From IMG/VR virus record IMGVR_UViG_3300028394_000034: DNA of 64,000 bases; one strand, given 5' to 3'. Of this stretch, positions 56,101 through 64,000 are shown piece after piece. Within the stretch, counting starts at the first letter, position 1. Each line of letters starts with the position of its first letter. The notes below the pieces were generated by a model, which did not search any database, had not been told where the DNA came from, and worked only from the letters and a program-made list of their open reading frames with translations. The position numbers were made by a program, and so were the translations under genes. The stretch is from a virus.

Positions 56101-59100
56101 GATCAGTAGCAACTCTACAAGGAAGACAAAACTTTAATATTGGACAATTAACTGGAGGAATAACTGATCCAGTTAAGATTAGAGAAAACATAGAAAGAAA
56201 AAATGCACGAAGAAGCCAACTAGAAGAACAAAAACAACAATTAGCAGAAGCAAAAGGAAATAATGATCCTGGAGTTATACAGCTTAGTGGTCAAATTGCT
56301 GGACTAAATACTGAAATAGCTAATAGTAGTGATGCTCTTGGTCAATTAGCTAATAGTACAGAAATAGCAACAGCTGCTTTGAATAAAATCAAAGATATTC
56401 AACAGCAAATGTCTGCCCAGGGAGATTTCTTAGATCGACTAGCAACCTCAACTCCAGAAGAAGCAGATAAGCTAGCTAAAACTTTCCAAAGACTACAAAA
56501 TAATTTGGCTGGAGGATTTAATGACGCTAGAGGCTCGCAAGCTGCACAAGAAGCATATTCAAACGCATTGCAGTCTGGAAGTAGTCATGATCAGGCAAAA
56601 ATGGCAGGTGATGCTGTTCTTGCCCAAGAGAGAGCAGAAGTATTGTCTCTGTTTAAAGACCTAAAGCCATTATTGTCTCTCTCAGGTAAGTCTGATGCTC
56701 AAATTAATGCAATGCAAGGAACAGTACGACAAGGAGTTTATACTGAAAGTGGACTACTTAATAATCCTATGTTAGGAGGAATAGCTCAAGGACAAATAAA
56801 CTATGATAGAAACCCACTTAATAATCCCGCACTACGCCAAGCGGTCGCCGAACACGATGCCGCAATCGAGAATAGAGCAGTTGCTCAAGAACAAGAAGGA
56901 AAACTTCAACTTAAAGTTGCTTCTGAGACTATGGCCTCTGCCGCCGCCAAATTTGCAGAAGCAACCCAGAATTTTGCAAAAATATTTGAGGAAATGAGAA
57001 ATGGAGATAGAAAGGTTGAACCTCCACAAAGACCCGCGCCAGGACTACCAAGAGTAGCAAATGCTCCAGCAAAAGCAAAGGGAGGATTAATATATGCTAG
57101 TGAAGGCATGTTGGTTAATTTTAAACCAAAAGGTCCAGATGTTATTCCTGCAATGCTAGCTAAGAACGAATATGTAATTAATGCTAAAGATACTATGAGA
57201 AATCTTCCTTTATTAGAAGCTATTAATAGTGGAGAAAAAATACAATATGCATCTAAGGGAGGTAAAGTAGGATATCATGCTAATGGTGGTGGTCCAATTA
57301 GCGCCTCTCGTGAATTTGCTTTACTTGATAAAAACAAAGATGGAATTTTAAGCCTACAAGAAGCTGGCGAGTATATTAAATTTGACACTAATAAAGACAA
57401 AAGAATTACTATAAGCGAATTTAATTCTCAATTTATGGCAGACAAGGAGGAAGGAAATAGAGTTAATAGAGGTGTTTCTGTTCTTAGAAGCAAAGAACAT
57501 TCTAGAAATGAAGCATTTAGAAGAGGAGTATCAGAATCTCAAGTAAGATATGAAAGAAGAGCATTATTTGCTGAGAGTAAACCAGTTAAACCTAATGCTG
57601 CTACTAGACCAGGAATGGATCAAGCTCCACCAAAAGAAAATCCTGTAGATAATGTTCCTCCTGTTCCTAAGCCTTCACCATCTAGTTCTCCACGCGGAGC
57701 TGAAAGAGAAGATCCGGCAGTTACAGCAGCTAAGAGACAACAGAGGGAAATGGATGAAGTAAGAGAAATACAAAGAAAATGGCAGGAGGATCGTGTTCTG
57801 CCTAATGCTAGAGAAGAAGCATTATTAAAAAAATATGAACAGAGACAAAGAGAAGAATCATTAAGTGAAAATCGAAGTAAAAATGAAGAAGGAAGAGTTA
57901 TTGATCAAGGAGGAGCTCCAACAACAGAATGGGGAAGAAAATATAAAGCACAGCAAGATGCAAGAAGACAAAAAAGAGAAGAAAAACTAAGAGAAGAACA
58001 GAAAAAACAAGATGATGATATGGCAGCTAGAAGAAAAGCAACAGAAAAAGCTGCTGAAGCTGCAAATAACGATCCTGAGGTACAAAAAGAAAGAGCAGAA
58101 CGAGATGCTCGCTACAAAGCAGAAGCCGAAGCTGCAAAAGCAGATGCAGCCAAATGGGCAGCAGAGAATCCAGAAGAAGCTAATAAGCTTCTGAAAAGGA
58201 ATCCAGAAACTGGTTTGATAAGTCCAGCAGAAGACAGACCTACTACTGGAGACTCATATACAGATAGATTAAGATACAGAGCTGCTGCTGATGCTCTCTA
58301 TAAAAGAGAAGAAGAAAAGAAACTTCAAAAAGAAGCAGAGGATGCTGATAAAAAAGAAAAAGCTAGTCTTGAGTCTGCATTTAAGATGGGAGAAAAAATT
58401 TACGAGAGAGAGGAAGCAGAAAGAAAACAGAAAGTACAAGAAGCAAGAGATGCAGAAGAAGAAAGACAATATCTTGCAACTCCAGAAGGACAAGAAAGAG
58501 CAAGAAGAAGCCAGGAGCAAGTAGAGCAACAAAATCTTGAGGCTTTTAGAGCAAGAAAACAGAAAGAAAAAGATGATAATGAAGCGGAGCGTGCTCGTCG
58601 TGGAGGCGGATTAGGAGGAATGACACAAAAAGATGTTGATGATGCTAATAAAACATATCAAGAATATACAGATTATGCTGGGGCAGTAGCTGGAGGGTTT
58701 TTTGAGGGATTAACAAATAATCCAATGACAAGAGTTTTATCTGGTGTTGGTTCAGCAGGAAGATATGCTGTTCAAACAGGAGCGGTAGCATTAACTACAG
58801 CAGCATCCCGAGCTATTGATCAACAAGCTAGAACACAGGCTAATTATGGTAGTCTTGGATCTTCTTCTGATGATAAACCATTAGATATTAATGGTCCAGA
58901 ATACAGAGCATATTATGATAGTCTTGGTAAATTACAAGATGCTAGTGCGGCAGGATTACAAGCAGGAGTAGTTGAGACAGCAGGAGGATTAACATCATAT
59001 GTAGATAAAAAAACGGGTAATCAACTCCTAAATTATTCAGATAGACTTAATGCACAAAGACAAGGATTAGAAGATCAATATTTGGAAGGGGCTGATGAAA

Positions 59101-60953
59101 CAACTAGAAGAACATATTCTTATGCTAATGAGGCAGCAAATTATACTCTTGACCCAACTCTTACTGCCGGAGCAGGAGTTGCAGCAAAAGGAGCTAGTAG
59201 AGTAGCTGGAGCAATAGATGCAGCAGATACTGCAAGGAGAGCAGCAGCTGAAGCAGCAGCCAAAGCAGCTGACGACGCAGCTAAAGCAGTAGCAACAAGA
59301 ACAGCAGAAAGAACAGCAGCAGCAGCTAAAGCAGCTGACGATGCAGCTGCAAGAACAGCGGCAGTAGTACGAAAAGAAGAGAAAGCAGCATCAGAAGCAT
59401 TAGCTATGGCTGACAGCACTCCAGATTTCACTCCTCCGAGAGCAACAGATGGAGGCCCCCCACAAGTTCATGGTGAAGATTTTTATGTTAATCCTGGAGA
59501 AGCAGAACAAGCGGCTGTCATGAAGAAAGCGGCAGATGAAGCAGCAGCAAGAACAGCAGCAAGAGCAGCAGAAAAAGAAGCAGCAGAAAAAGCAGCTAGA
59601 CAAGCAGAAACAAAATATCCTGTTAAGAATCCTTCACAAGAATTTAAAGACGCATATGATAAAGCAACAGCTGAAGCAGCAGCAAGGGAAGCTAGTAGAC
59701 CAAAGCCACAGACAGTAACTAATAATCAACCAGATTTAGATAAATCTTTAGATGATTATAGTAAAATTAAAGGAAATGACCCAGCAGCGCCAGCAACAAA
59801 ACCAAGATACGACTTAGACGCAGCTGTAAAACAAGATAAATTTGGCACTACTGCAACCAAAGATCAAACAGGACAAGTAGCTTCTCAACGAGCAATGGAA
59901 GGAACCGCACCAACAGCTCCAACATATCCGGCGACTCCAACAACTTCAACATATCCAAGTCCAACCCCAAGAATAAAACCAGCTGTTCGTCCATTTAGTA
60001 GAAGAGCTGGAGAATTAGCTTTAGTTGGAGGAACAACTTCAGCTGCTACTTATTTTGGAGATACTATGGGTAGGCAGATATTTACCCCGGTAGCAGAGAT
60101 GAATGATGGACTACCTCCTCTTCCTAATACTCCCCCTCAGCCAGCATTTATGCAAAATAGAGTGCCTATGGGACAAGGAGAAGTAGGAAGAGGAGGGGAT
60201 GATCTTCCAAGAGCAAATGAAGAAGACTTAGACAGAAAAAAGAAAAATGCAAAACCTAAATCTTTAGGTGGTTTAATTTATGCTAGTAATGGAGCACTGA
60301 TATCTGCCAAAAAGTCTGGTGCTGATAGGCATTTAGCAATGTTGTCTGATAATGAATATGTGGTCAATAATAAAGATTCACTAAGACACAGAGGATTGTT
60401 AGACGCTATTAATAGTGGTAATTATAGTCGTGGGGGTATAGTTAATTACATGGCTAATGGTGGAGTTGTAGGGGCAAAATATTATCAAAAAGCTGGTTTA
60501 GTAGATCATAGTGGTAATGTTCCTAGTGGAGGATCCTCCGGTGTATCTAGTAATAGTCAAATGTCGGCTGATGCTCTTAGTTCTGTTGTGGATAAATTTG
60601 GACAGCATGTGAATAATATTGCTCCTGCAATTAGCCAATTTGGAGAACACGTTGGTCAAGTATCTCCAGCGTTGATGTCTTTTGGTGGAATGGTTGGTGC
60701 TTTCGGAGGTCATGTAGAAGCTATGAGCGCTGGAGGAACTGTTAGCCATACTCATAGTGTAGAAAATAATCATAGATTTATTGGTGGTGAAAGTATTAAT
60801 AATGTATTGAACACTATGGGTGATGGTCTTAAGATAGCAGCTGATAATAGATTAAAGGATACTCTAAGAAATATTGATACATATAACGAAAATTCACTAT
60901 TAAGAGGCACAGACGCTCAAAGTATTATGGGTAAAAACAATAATATAGCATAA
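50133..60953 (+). CDS. Tape measure protein (3606 aa) with embedded domains
   Basis: TP901-like TMP N-domain (FIDYDREFIKLQQVTG, LAQAG, NAVAAKFA); Ala/Gly-rich helical body; five GG..PAML..E motifs. Confidence 0.9.
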   Translation: MASAFNLTAQLNLRGPSNVSAIVSNIRRQLGTISANVNVNINPTTTRNVAQLSASLNNLNRTFGTTTTSANNAARALQNFGNSVAQFSNNIRNVPQQINNTTSSIARLNAAMTSSRATSAAAGTEMQEFGRQAGLAARRFAAISTVTSVIFGLTSAIKAGVQAFIDYDREFIKLQQVTGESAAGLKGLSDTIGSLSTSLGVSSKELVDVSSTLAQAGLSARDTEKALKALALSALAPSFDDMNKTVEGSIALMRQFGISAGDLDKALGSVNAVAAKFAVEASDIITAIQRTGGVFATASKGVSEGTDALNEFISVFTSVRATTRESAETIATGLRTIFTRIQRGDTIEALKEYGVNLQDLDGKFVGAFKAVQLLSQGLSKLDPRDLSFSKIVEELGGFRQIGKVIPLIQQFATAQDALKVAQAGQGSLAADAAKAQQSLANQISKVREEFLSLFREIGSSDGFQTIIKGALTLTSTLIKVADSVKGILPALAAMLAFKGASSLVQFGAGFVGAVRGQRRAEGGTIRRYAAGGHVPGSGDGDTVPAMLTPGEFVMRKQAVRSIGVNNLHSLNRNGGGLIQRFANAGEVSDLSKTERTHIGPKIQISAKEAKEARTYGYKQAYASLGVERQIDFKPHLPAEWNQRWRRIGSGEPVPSKDIIDYVASRTPPQLFGNQGIPLRLYQKLSSINKLSSLKQTFLTGLSKLPPTVSKDPQLDFILPQYIKPFLESLDLWGQLSKSQTLSVPKEFSGVSVFDRLRMKGVPREKRRTTTKVRSALAEKFGDTFADGGSVRKFVDAGMVTPTSGRAATSTDIFRVLTLDEVIKDTGSNPGDIQRILKKRNALSPSEQAIKDKILAKYTEKTSGIKKANNLDIEKATTEGLLFGAAGFKGKAFATTPRIDIPGLQNPVKVRITSGVLDSEMSKKLLKKMSGGLNDIANKASRNMMIKDILKQTGPIYADFDRTLAFGADKILADPRKPKYSEFSDRNKVQGALGKAKLSALGAAIVSTIKQAPEFANNLNIISARPQSTMDLVAGWLAQKGIPIPLSRIKGVGGENVTAEQIAVLKADLMNPEGAFVDDDDRNVAEAEKRGIRSYLYKKKNVGSVSRKKLGEANAQGYLAERIIHELGGPIANKATTNYGIDFPDGLQSAAKYFNLPSNIPTDAKLTLNGPAELKGQIGNYLKARGYASGGHVQAMVSAGEAFVPPEEARQIGYGKLNRMNQADRNGMGSFSSGGISVFKGPGTGTSDSIGPVSLPVGGFVLREKATKALGLRSGGSVGGVKRFLTGGTIEDASDALVNANNRAIRPSVRSLDSRLNIPTAQLNELGAALRASGVQMTQFAQLASRGGDVSVAAAKRAIEADIRHSASLGTATVSTTALTAAREVLTRVQSVEAASAENVSRTRQSIVAQRFQNIGNTVSNVPVVGGAVRGLGRVGNGLNGQGGFIASMAVGALAGQGENIFGKKDSSEGAARSNAKLESGATALSTGLGLASSVAMIPGVGPALAGTIAIGTALAVAADSVYDFSGTAQKASQEFKQGKRTKNIEDLGERVGKSMEAYQKNPSGAKERAALISDSLQQSRAISNDSTERVKDLKASRAPNIFQRGLIGLGLSSAKGIGNEDLMQISKESAKKAEPAADAARKIIEQRVDSGEKLSDITNPASKEFQQLTEIIASANPEFINARDRIMEMSDAAVATTGKTKEGLIAERLRIEGAKIANDGYLTAKEKTAAAAKAMEEADKAGRQLAQSFQRMVNTFNQALGKVTFNLEKMENASQANIAALNGNAKVSQVVSKNLNVLSNPRAYSQNERNTAYDNVSAPFGQDKDSVRKLLNLDSENLGFSVRNNINSSLQDRAGLTLDKAASSSRKNLEQEISNLPEIVRNEILGKFDAIAGKVASDTTPGMSEQDKVNKLANLLEEELGKAASESAQNVRNMAIEFEKARVGALNNFIDSINNAAEAQRKAQKSMADARETRIAGGDAINEVLGGAPRSVATLQGRQNFNIGQLTGGITDPVKIRENIERKNARRSQLEEQKQQLAEAKGNNDPGVIQLSGQIAGLNTEIANSSDALGQLANSTEIATAALNKIKDIQQQMSAQGDFLDRLATSTPEEADKLAKTFQRLQNNLAGGFNDARGSQAAQEAYSNALQSGSSHDQAKMAGDAVLAQERAEVLSLFKDLKPLLSLSGKSDAQINAMQGTVRQGVYTESGLLNNPMLGGIAQGQINYDRNPLNNPALRQAVAEHDAAIENRAVAQEQEGKLQLKVASETMASAAAKFAEATQNFAKIFEEMRNGDRKVEPPQRPAPGLPRVANAPAKAKGGLIYASEGMLVNFKPKGPDVIPAMLAKNEYVINAKDTMRNLPLLEAINSGEKIQYASKGGKVGYHANGGGPISASREFALLDKNKDGILSLQEAGEYIKFDTNKDKRITISEFNSQFMADKEEGNRVNRGVSVLRSKEHSRNEAFRRGVSESQVRYERRALFAESKPVKPNAATRPGMDQAPPKENPVDNVPPVPKPSPSSSPRGAEREDPAVTAAKRQQREMDEVREIQRKWQEDRVLPNAREEALLKKYEQRQREESLSENRSKNEEGRVIDQGGAPTTEWGRKYKAQQDARRQKREEKLREEQKKQDDDMAARRKATEKAAEAANNDPEVQKERAERDARYKAEAEAAKADAAKWAAENPEEANKLLKRNPETGLISPAEDRPTTGDSYTDRLRYRAAADALYKREEEKKLQKEAEDADKKEKASLESAFKMGEKIYEREEAERKQKVQEARDAEEERQYLATPEGQERARRSQEQVEQQNLEAFRARKQKEKDDNEAERARRGGGLGGMTQKDVDDANKTYQEYTDYAGAVAGGFFEGLTNNPMTRVLSGVGSAGRYAVQTGAVALTTAASRAIDQQARTQANYGSLGSSSDDKPLDINGPEYRAYYDSLGKLQDASAAGLQAGVVETAGGLTSYVDKKTGNQLLNYSDRLNAQRQGLEDQYLEGADETTRRTYSYANEAANYTLDPTLTAGAGVAAKGASRVAGAIDAADTARRAAAEAAAKAADDAAKAVATRTAERTAAAAKAADDAAARTAAVVRKEEKAASEALAMADSTPDFTPPRATDGGPPQVHGEDFYVNPGEAEQAAVMKKAADEAAARTAARAAEKEAAEKAARQAETKYPVKNPSQEFKDAYDKATAEAAAREASRPKPQTVTNNQPDLDKSLDDYSKIKGNDPAAPATKPRYDLDAAVKQDKFGTTATKDQTGQVASQRAMEGTAPTAPTYPATPTTSTYPSPTPRIKPAVRPFSRRAGELALVGGTTSAATYFGDTMGRQIFTPVAEMNDGLPPLPNTPPQPAFMQNRVPMGQGEVGRGGDDLPRANEEDLDRKKKNAKPKSLGGLIYASNGALISAKKSGADRHLAMLSDNEYVVNNKDSLRHRGLLDAINSGNYSRGGIVNYMANGGVVGAKYYQKAGLVDHSGNVPSGGSSGVSSNSQMSADALSSVVDKFGQHVNNIAPAISQFGEHVGQVSPALMSFGGMVGAFGGHVEAMSAGGTVSHTHSVENNHRFIGGESINNVLNTMGDGLKIAADNRLKDTLRNIDTYNENSLLRGTDAQSIMGKNNNIA

Positions 60954-60966
60954 CATAAGGTTCATT

Positions 60967-62349
60967 ATGATAAAATCTCCTATTCATATATTTGATAATA
61001 TTGGTGCAAATTGTTCTATTGATAATAATAGTTTTGTTATAGGACAGAATTTAACAGGATATAAGACCTTATCTAGTGAGCATGTTGGCCACTATGTCTC
61101 CTATCTTGTTAAAAATGGTGGATCATGGGAAGTTGGACTAGGTTTAGTAAAGTATGATAATACAAAAATTGTTGTTGAAAGAACAAAAGTTACCAGATCT
61201 TCTGATAGTGATAATCAAGTAGTATTCTCTGGTAGTATCAACCAGTTTTATGTTTTTGCCAATGAGTATAACTTCAATGTGGGTTTAAATAATTGTATAT
61301 CTCTTAATAAAGATACAGATATAGAGAATATTCGTGCCACCTATCTAGTAGACCTCTCAGATAAAAATATTCAAGTCAACTTACCTTCTGCAACAGAAAA
61401 CCAAGGACTAGTATTAGAATTCAAAGGGTCGGGAAGTAAATATTTACAAGTTAAATCTGATAATACTACAGTATGTATCTTATCTGATCAACAATATATT
61501 AAACTTATTTCTAACGGAGAATCTTGGATCAGTTTAGTTTCAAATTCTCAAAATGATTCTGTTTCATCTCAGGCAGCAATTACGGGAATTAGTACCGATA
61601 TTGCATATAATGCTTTATTAGAAAATATTAGTGGATTAATTAGTGGATCTAATCTTTATCTAGGTAATAATGGAAAGCTATTAATTGGTGCTTCTGGAGA
61701 AGCTGATGCTGCTAATATAATCCCAACATCTGGTAATTATCCAGTAGTCTTTAATAATACAAGAGTTGGTTCTGATTTTTGGGTTAAGGGTAGCGGAGAT
61801 AAGAGTTTATACTTTTCATATACAGGAAAGGTTGGGATTAATGTTCCAACAACAGTGTCTTCTGATTCACTCTCTACTCTTCATGTTGTTAATACTCTTT
61901 GTGGAGAAGGTATTCGTTTAGAAAATAGAAATCAATGTTCTCCAGCAAATATTACTTTATATCATAAGCCCTCCACCGTACCAGCAAATAATGATATAGT
62001 AAGCACAATTAATCTATCTTCTAAAAATTCAACTAATAATCAGATTGATTATGCTCAGATTAGATCACGAGCATTAAATGCTACCTCTCCTTCTACTAGT
62101 GGAGAATTCTCAATAGCTGTTAATAATACTAGTAATAATTTAATAGAAATATTTAAAGCAAATAGAGATGGCTGTTACGTTAGTGGAGTAGTTTCGGCTT
62201 CTTCCTTTAGACTTAGCGTTCCAACAACTAGTGGCAATCTTTTAATGTCAGATAGTAATGGAAATATAATGTTGACAAGTGTTGCAAATAGCCCCATTAT
62301 TAATTTGATAGATGGTGGTGTTGTTGTCTTTACTGGAGTTTTGACATAA
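60967..62349 (+). CDS. Tail/baseplate-associated protein
   Basis: WEVGLG...VERT...SS N-domain; GKVGIN.PT fibre motif. Confidence 0.6.
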   Translation: MIKSPIHIFDNIGANCSIDNNSFVIGQNLTGYKTLSSEHVGHYVSYLVKNGGSWEVGLGLVKYDNTKIVVERTKVTRSSDSDNQVVFSGSINQFYVFANEYNFNVGLNNCISLNKDTDIENIRATYLVDLSDKNIQVNLPSATENQGLVLEFKGSGSKYLQVKSDNTTVCILSDQQYIKLISNGESWISLVSNSQNDSVSSQAAITGISTDIAYNALLENISGLISGSNLYLGNNGKLLIGASGEADAANIIPTSGNYPVVFNNTRVGSDFWVKGSGDKSLYFSYTGKVGINVPTTVSSDSLSTLHVVNTLCGEGIRLENRNQCSPANITLYHKPSTVPANNDIVSTINLSSKNSTNNQIDYAQIRSRALNATSPSTSGEFSIAVNNTSNNLIEIFKANRDGCYVSGVVSASSFRLSVPTTSGNLLMSDSNGNIMLTSVANSPIINLIDGGVVVFTGVLT

Positions 62350-62870
62350 TGAAAATTAAACGAGACATATCATCGACTGCCGCCCCATCTGCCGAACAAT
62401 TAGAAGTTGGAGAATTAGCTATTAATGCTAAAACTGGTATTCTATATACTAAATTAGTAGACGGATCAGTTGTCAAATATCTAGGATCCCCAGTAGGAGC
62501 CTCATCTGCTAACCCTGGTGTTTACTCCCCTACTCCTGTTATAACATTCTCAGATACCACTAGTTTTTGCTGTAATGGTACTAGTTTGATAGTTACTGTT
62601 AATAATCTCTTAGTAGATTCTATTTATTCTTATTCTATAGTTGATCTTACAGGAAACTCTACTGTTTCCTTTAGTCAAACAAGTGCCCAACTATTCCCAT
62701 TAAATAGCTCGCAAAGATCTGCTGTACTAAATATTAGTATAGGAACCTCTCAGCCTAATGCTACTTTAAAATTTAGTATTTATGAAATAGTTACAGTGGG
62801 AAGTTCAACAACCAGCATTATTCGTTCAGAAAAATTATTACCCATTTGTTGTCAGAATTGCACAGGATAA
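62349..62870 (+). CDS. Virion-associated protein
   Basis: MKIKR...P...L.VGELAIN..TG.LY. Confidence 0.55.
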   Translation: MKIKRDISSTAAPSAEQLEVGELAINAKTGILYTKLVDGSVVKYLGSPVGASSANPGVYSPTPVITFSDTTSFCCNGTSLIVTVNNLLVDSIYSYSIVDLTGNSTVSFSQTSAQLFPLNSSQRSAVLNISIGTSQPNATLKFSIYEIVTVGSSTTSIIRSEKLLPICCQNCTG

Positions 62871-62873
62871 ACT

Positions 62874-63665
62874 ATGCCAAATAAGATATACTATGCAGGA
62901 AATCTATGTTCTGGCGGAGTTGTGGTACCCTTCAGTGGCATAAATCTATCTCTTAATCAAACATATAGAATTAACTTTTCTTGTATTAGTACTATTTCTC
63001 CTAATAGTCAGGTTACTTTAAATCCTACTGGATATATGTTAACTCCTTCAGAAAGAGAATTAAAACTACAAACCAATTTATTAGTTAAAAACGGATATAA
63101 TATAGATAACAGTAGCTCTAATATTGTTCAATTATCTATTTTTAATAGTAATAATACTGAAATATATAGAGATTATGTTGCTGTTACTTGTGGAGATTTA
63201 TGTGGGGCTAATGGGATACCAGCTTCTACAGCTACTCCCACCATAACTCCATCACAAACTAGTACTCCTCCTCTAGTTACTCCGTCAGTTACCCCAACAA
63301 TAACTCCAACAATAACACTAACCCCCACCCCAACAAGAACTAGGGCTTTAACCTTCAAAGTAGAGTTTGATAGCAAAGAGTTTATTACAAATCTTCCTGC
63401 TTGTAATCAAGCTATTGTTAAAGCAAATATATATGGCTTAGTAAATGAATACTATCAATATCGTTTTAGTACAGATATGGTTGGAACTGATTTAGGTTTA
63501 TCTAATCCTTCTGGAACCGTCCTCTTGACTAGTAATCCAACAACAGTTGTAACCACCGTTAGTATGCCTCGTCCATGCACCAATTATTCATTAAAATTTG
63601 GAGTTACTAATACTGGCCATACTGTAGAGACCATAGGCTTTTTTAATTGCGGTAATTGTTCATAA
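62874..63665 (+). CDS. Virion-associated protein with Thr/Pro-rich linker
   Basis: TPTITPSQTSTPPLVTPSVTPTITPTITLTPTPT. Confidence 0.6.
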   Translation: MPNKIYYAGNLCSGGVVVPFSGINLSLNQTYRINFSCISTISPNSQVTLNPTGYMLTPSERELKLQTNLLVKNGYNIDNSSSNIVQLSIFNSNNTEIYRDYVAVTCGDLCGANGIPASTATPTITPSQTSTPPLVTPSVTPTITPTITLTPTPTRTRALTFKVEFDSKEFITNLPACNQAIVKANIYGLVNEYYQYRFSTDMVGTDLGLSNPSGTVLLTSNPTTVVTTVSMPRPCTNYSLKFGVTNTGHTVETIGFFNCGNCS

Positions 63666-63675
63666 GTCGTCTTTT

Positions 63676-63693
63676 AGTGTATATTATTTTATA
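63676..63693 (+). promoter_or_regulatory. Putative late promoter
   Basis: AGTGTAT-N7-TATA. Confidence 0.5.
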
Positions 63694-63717
63694 TATTGAC
63701 CTTTTAGGATTTCATTC

Positions 63718-64000
63718 ATGTCCATAACCATTAATCTTGATTTTAGGAACTATACCAAAAAAACGAATCTAGAACAAGTCGTTGTATTAACGGCTAATGA
63801 CTCACTACAAGGATTCTTTATTGCTTCTGTTTATTGTACTAATTTAATTGTAGGAAATAAATATCAAATAAATTATTCAGTATTACAAAATAATAATAAT
63901 GCTATTTTCGACCCAGCTCAACAAACAATATATGCATCTTATCAGACACAAAATTTTGCAACATTAATTAAAGTACCTACCCAAGGACTATATACGTTAT
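63718..64000 (+). CDS. Partial virion-associated protein
   Basis: ATG at 63718, open to the window end. Confidence 0.5.
   Translation, partial: MSITINLDFRNYTKKTNLEQVVVLTANDSLQGFFIASVYCTNLIVGNKYQINYSVLQNNNNAIFDPAQQTIYASYQTQNFATLIKVPTQGLYTL

Overview
64-kb fragment of a large tailed dsDNA phage. It looks siphovirus-like: one tail-tube gene, no sheath gene, and no integrase or RT in the window. The host is unknown, with weak hints for Planctomycetota. Region 1-20.3 kb is a minus-strand early/accessory region of about 50 mostly small ORFs and 7 tRNAs plus one degenerate tRNA. It is organised as promoter-gene units: at least 26 near-consensus sigma70 promoters, and 15 copies of an exactly 82-bp composite palindrome (29-bp box, 24-bp GC-rich linker, 29-bp box) that separate 0.7-2.6-kb gene blocks. 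Three more motif families are interleaved: a 42-bp repeat (6 copies), CCTTAC-N6-GTAAGG (7 copies) and sigma54-type -24/-12 sites (9 copies, some convergent). Region 20.3-64 kb is a plus-strand late region: phage sigma factor with its own RGTGTAT-N7-TAKA promoter motif, putative TerS, gmd, HNH, ERCC4 nuclease, TerL, portal, protease/scaffold, decoration, major capsid, fibre/collagen proteins, an inverted glycan-enzyme cassette, neck/tail genes, and a 3606-aa tape measure carrying HAD, PD-(D/E)xK-like and EF-hand segments between repeated GG..PAML..E motifs. The best candidate for an undescribed system is the repeat-delimited early cassette array. All motifs and coordinates were read by eye, so allow +/- a few nt. 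Protein calls rest on recognised motifs, not database searches.
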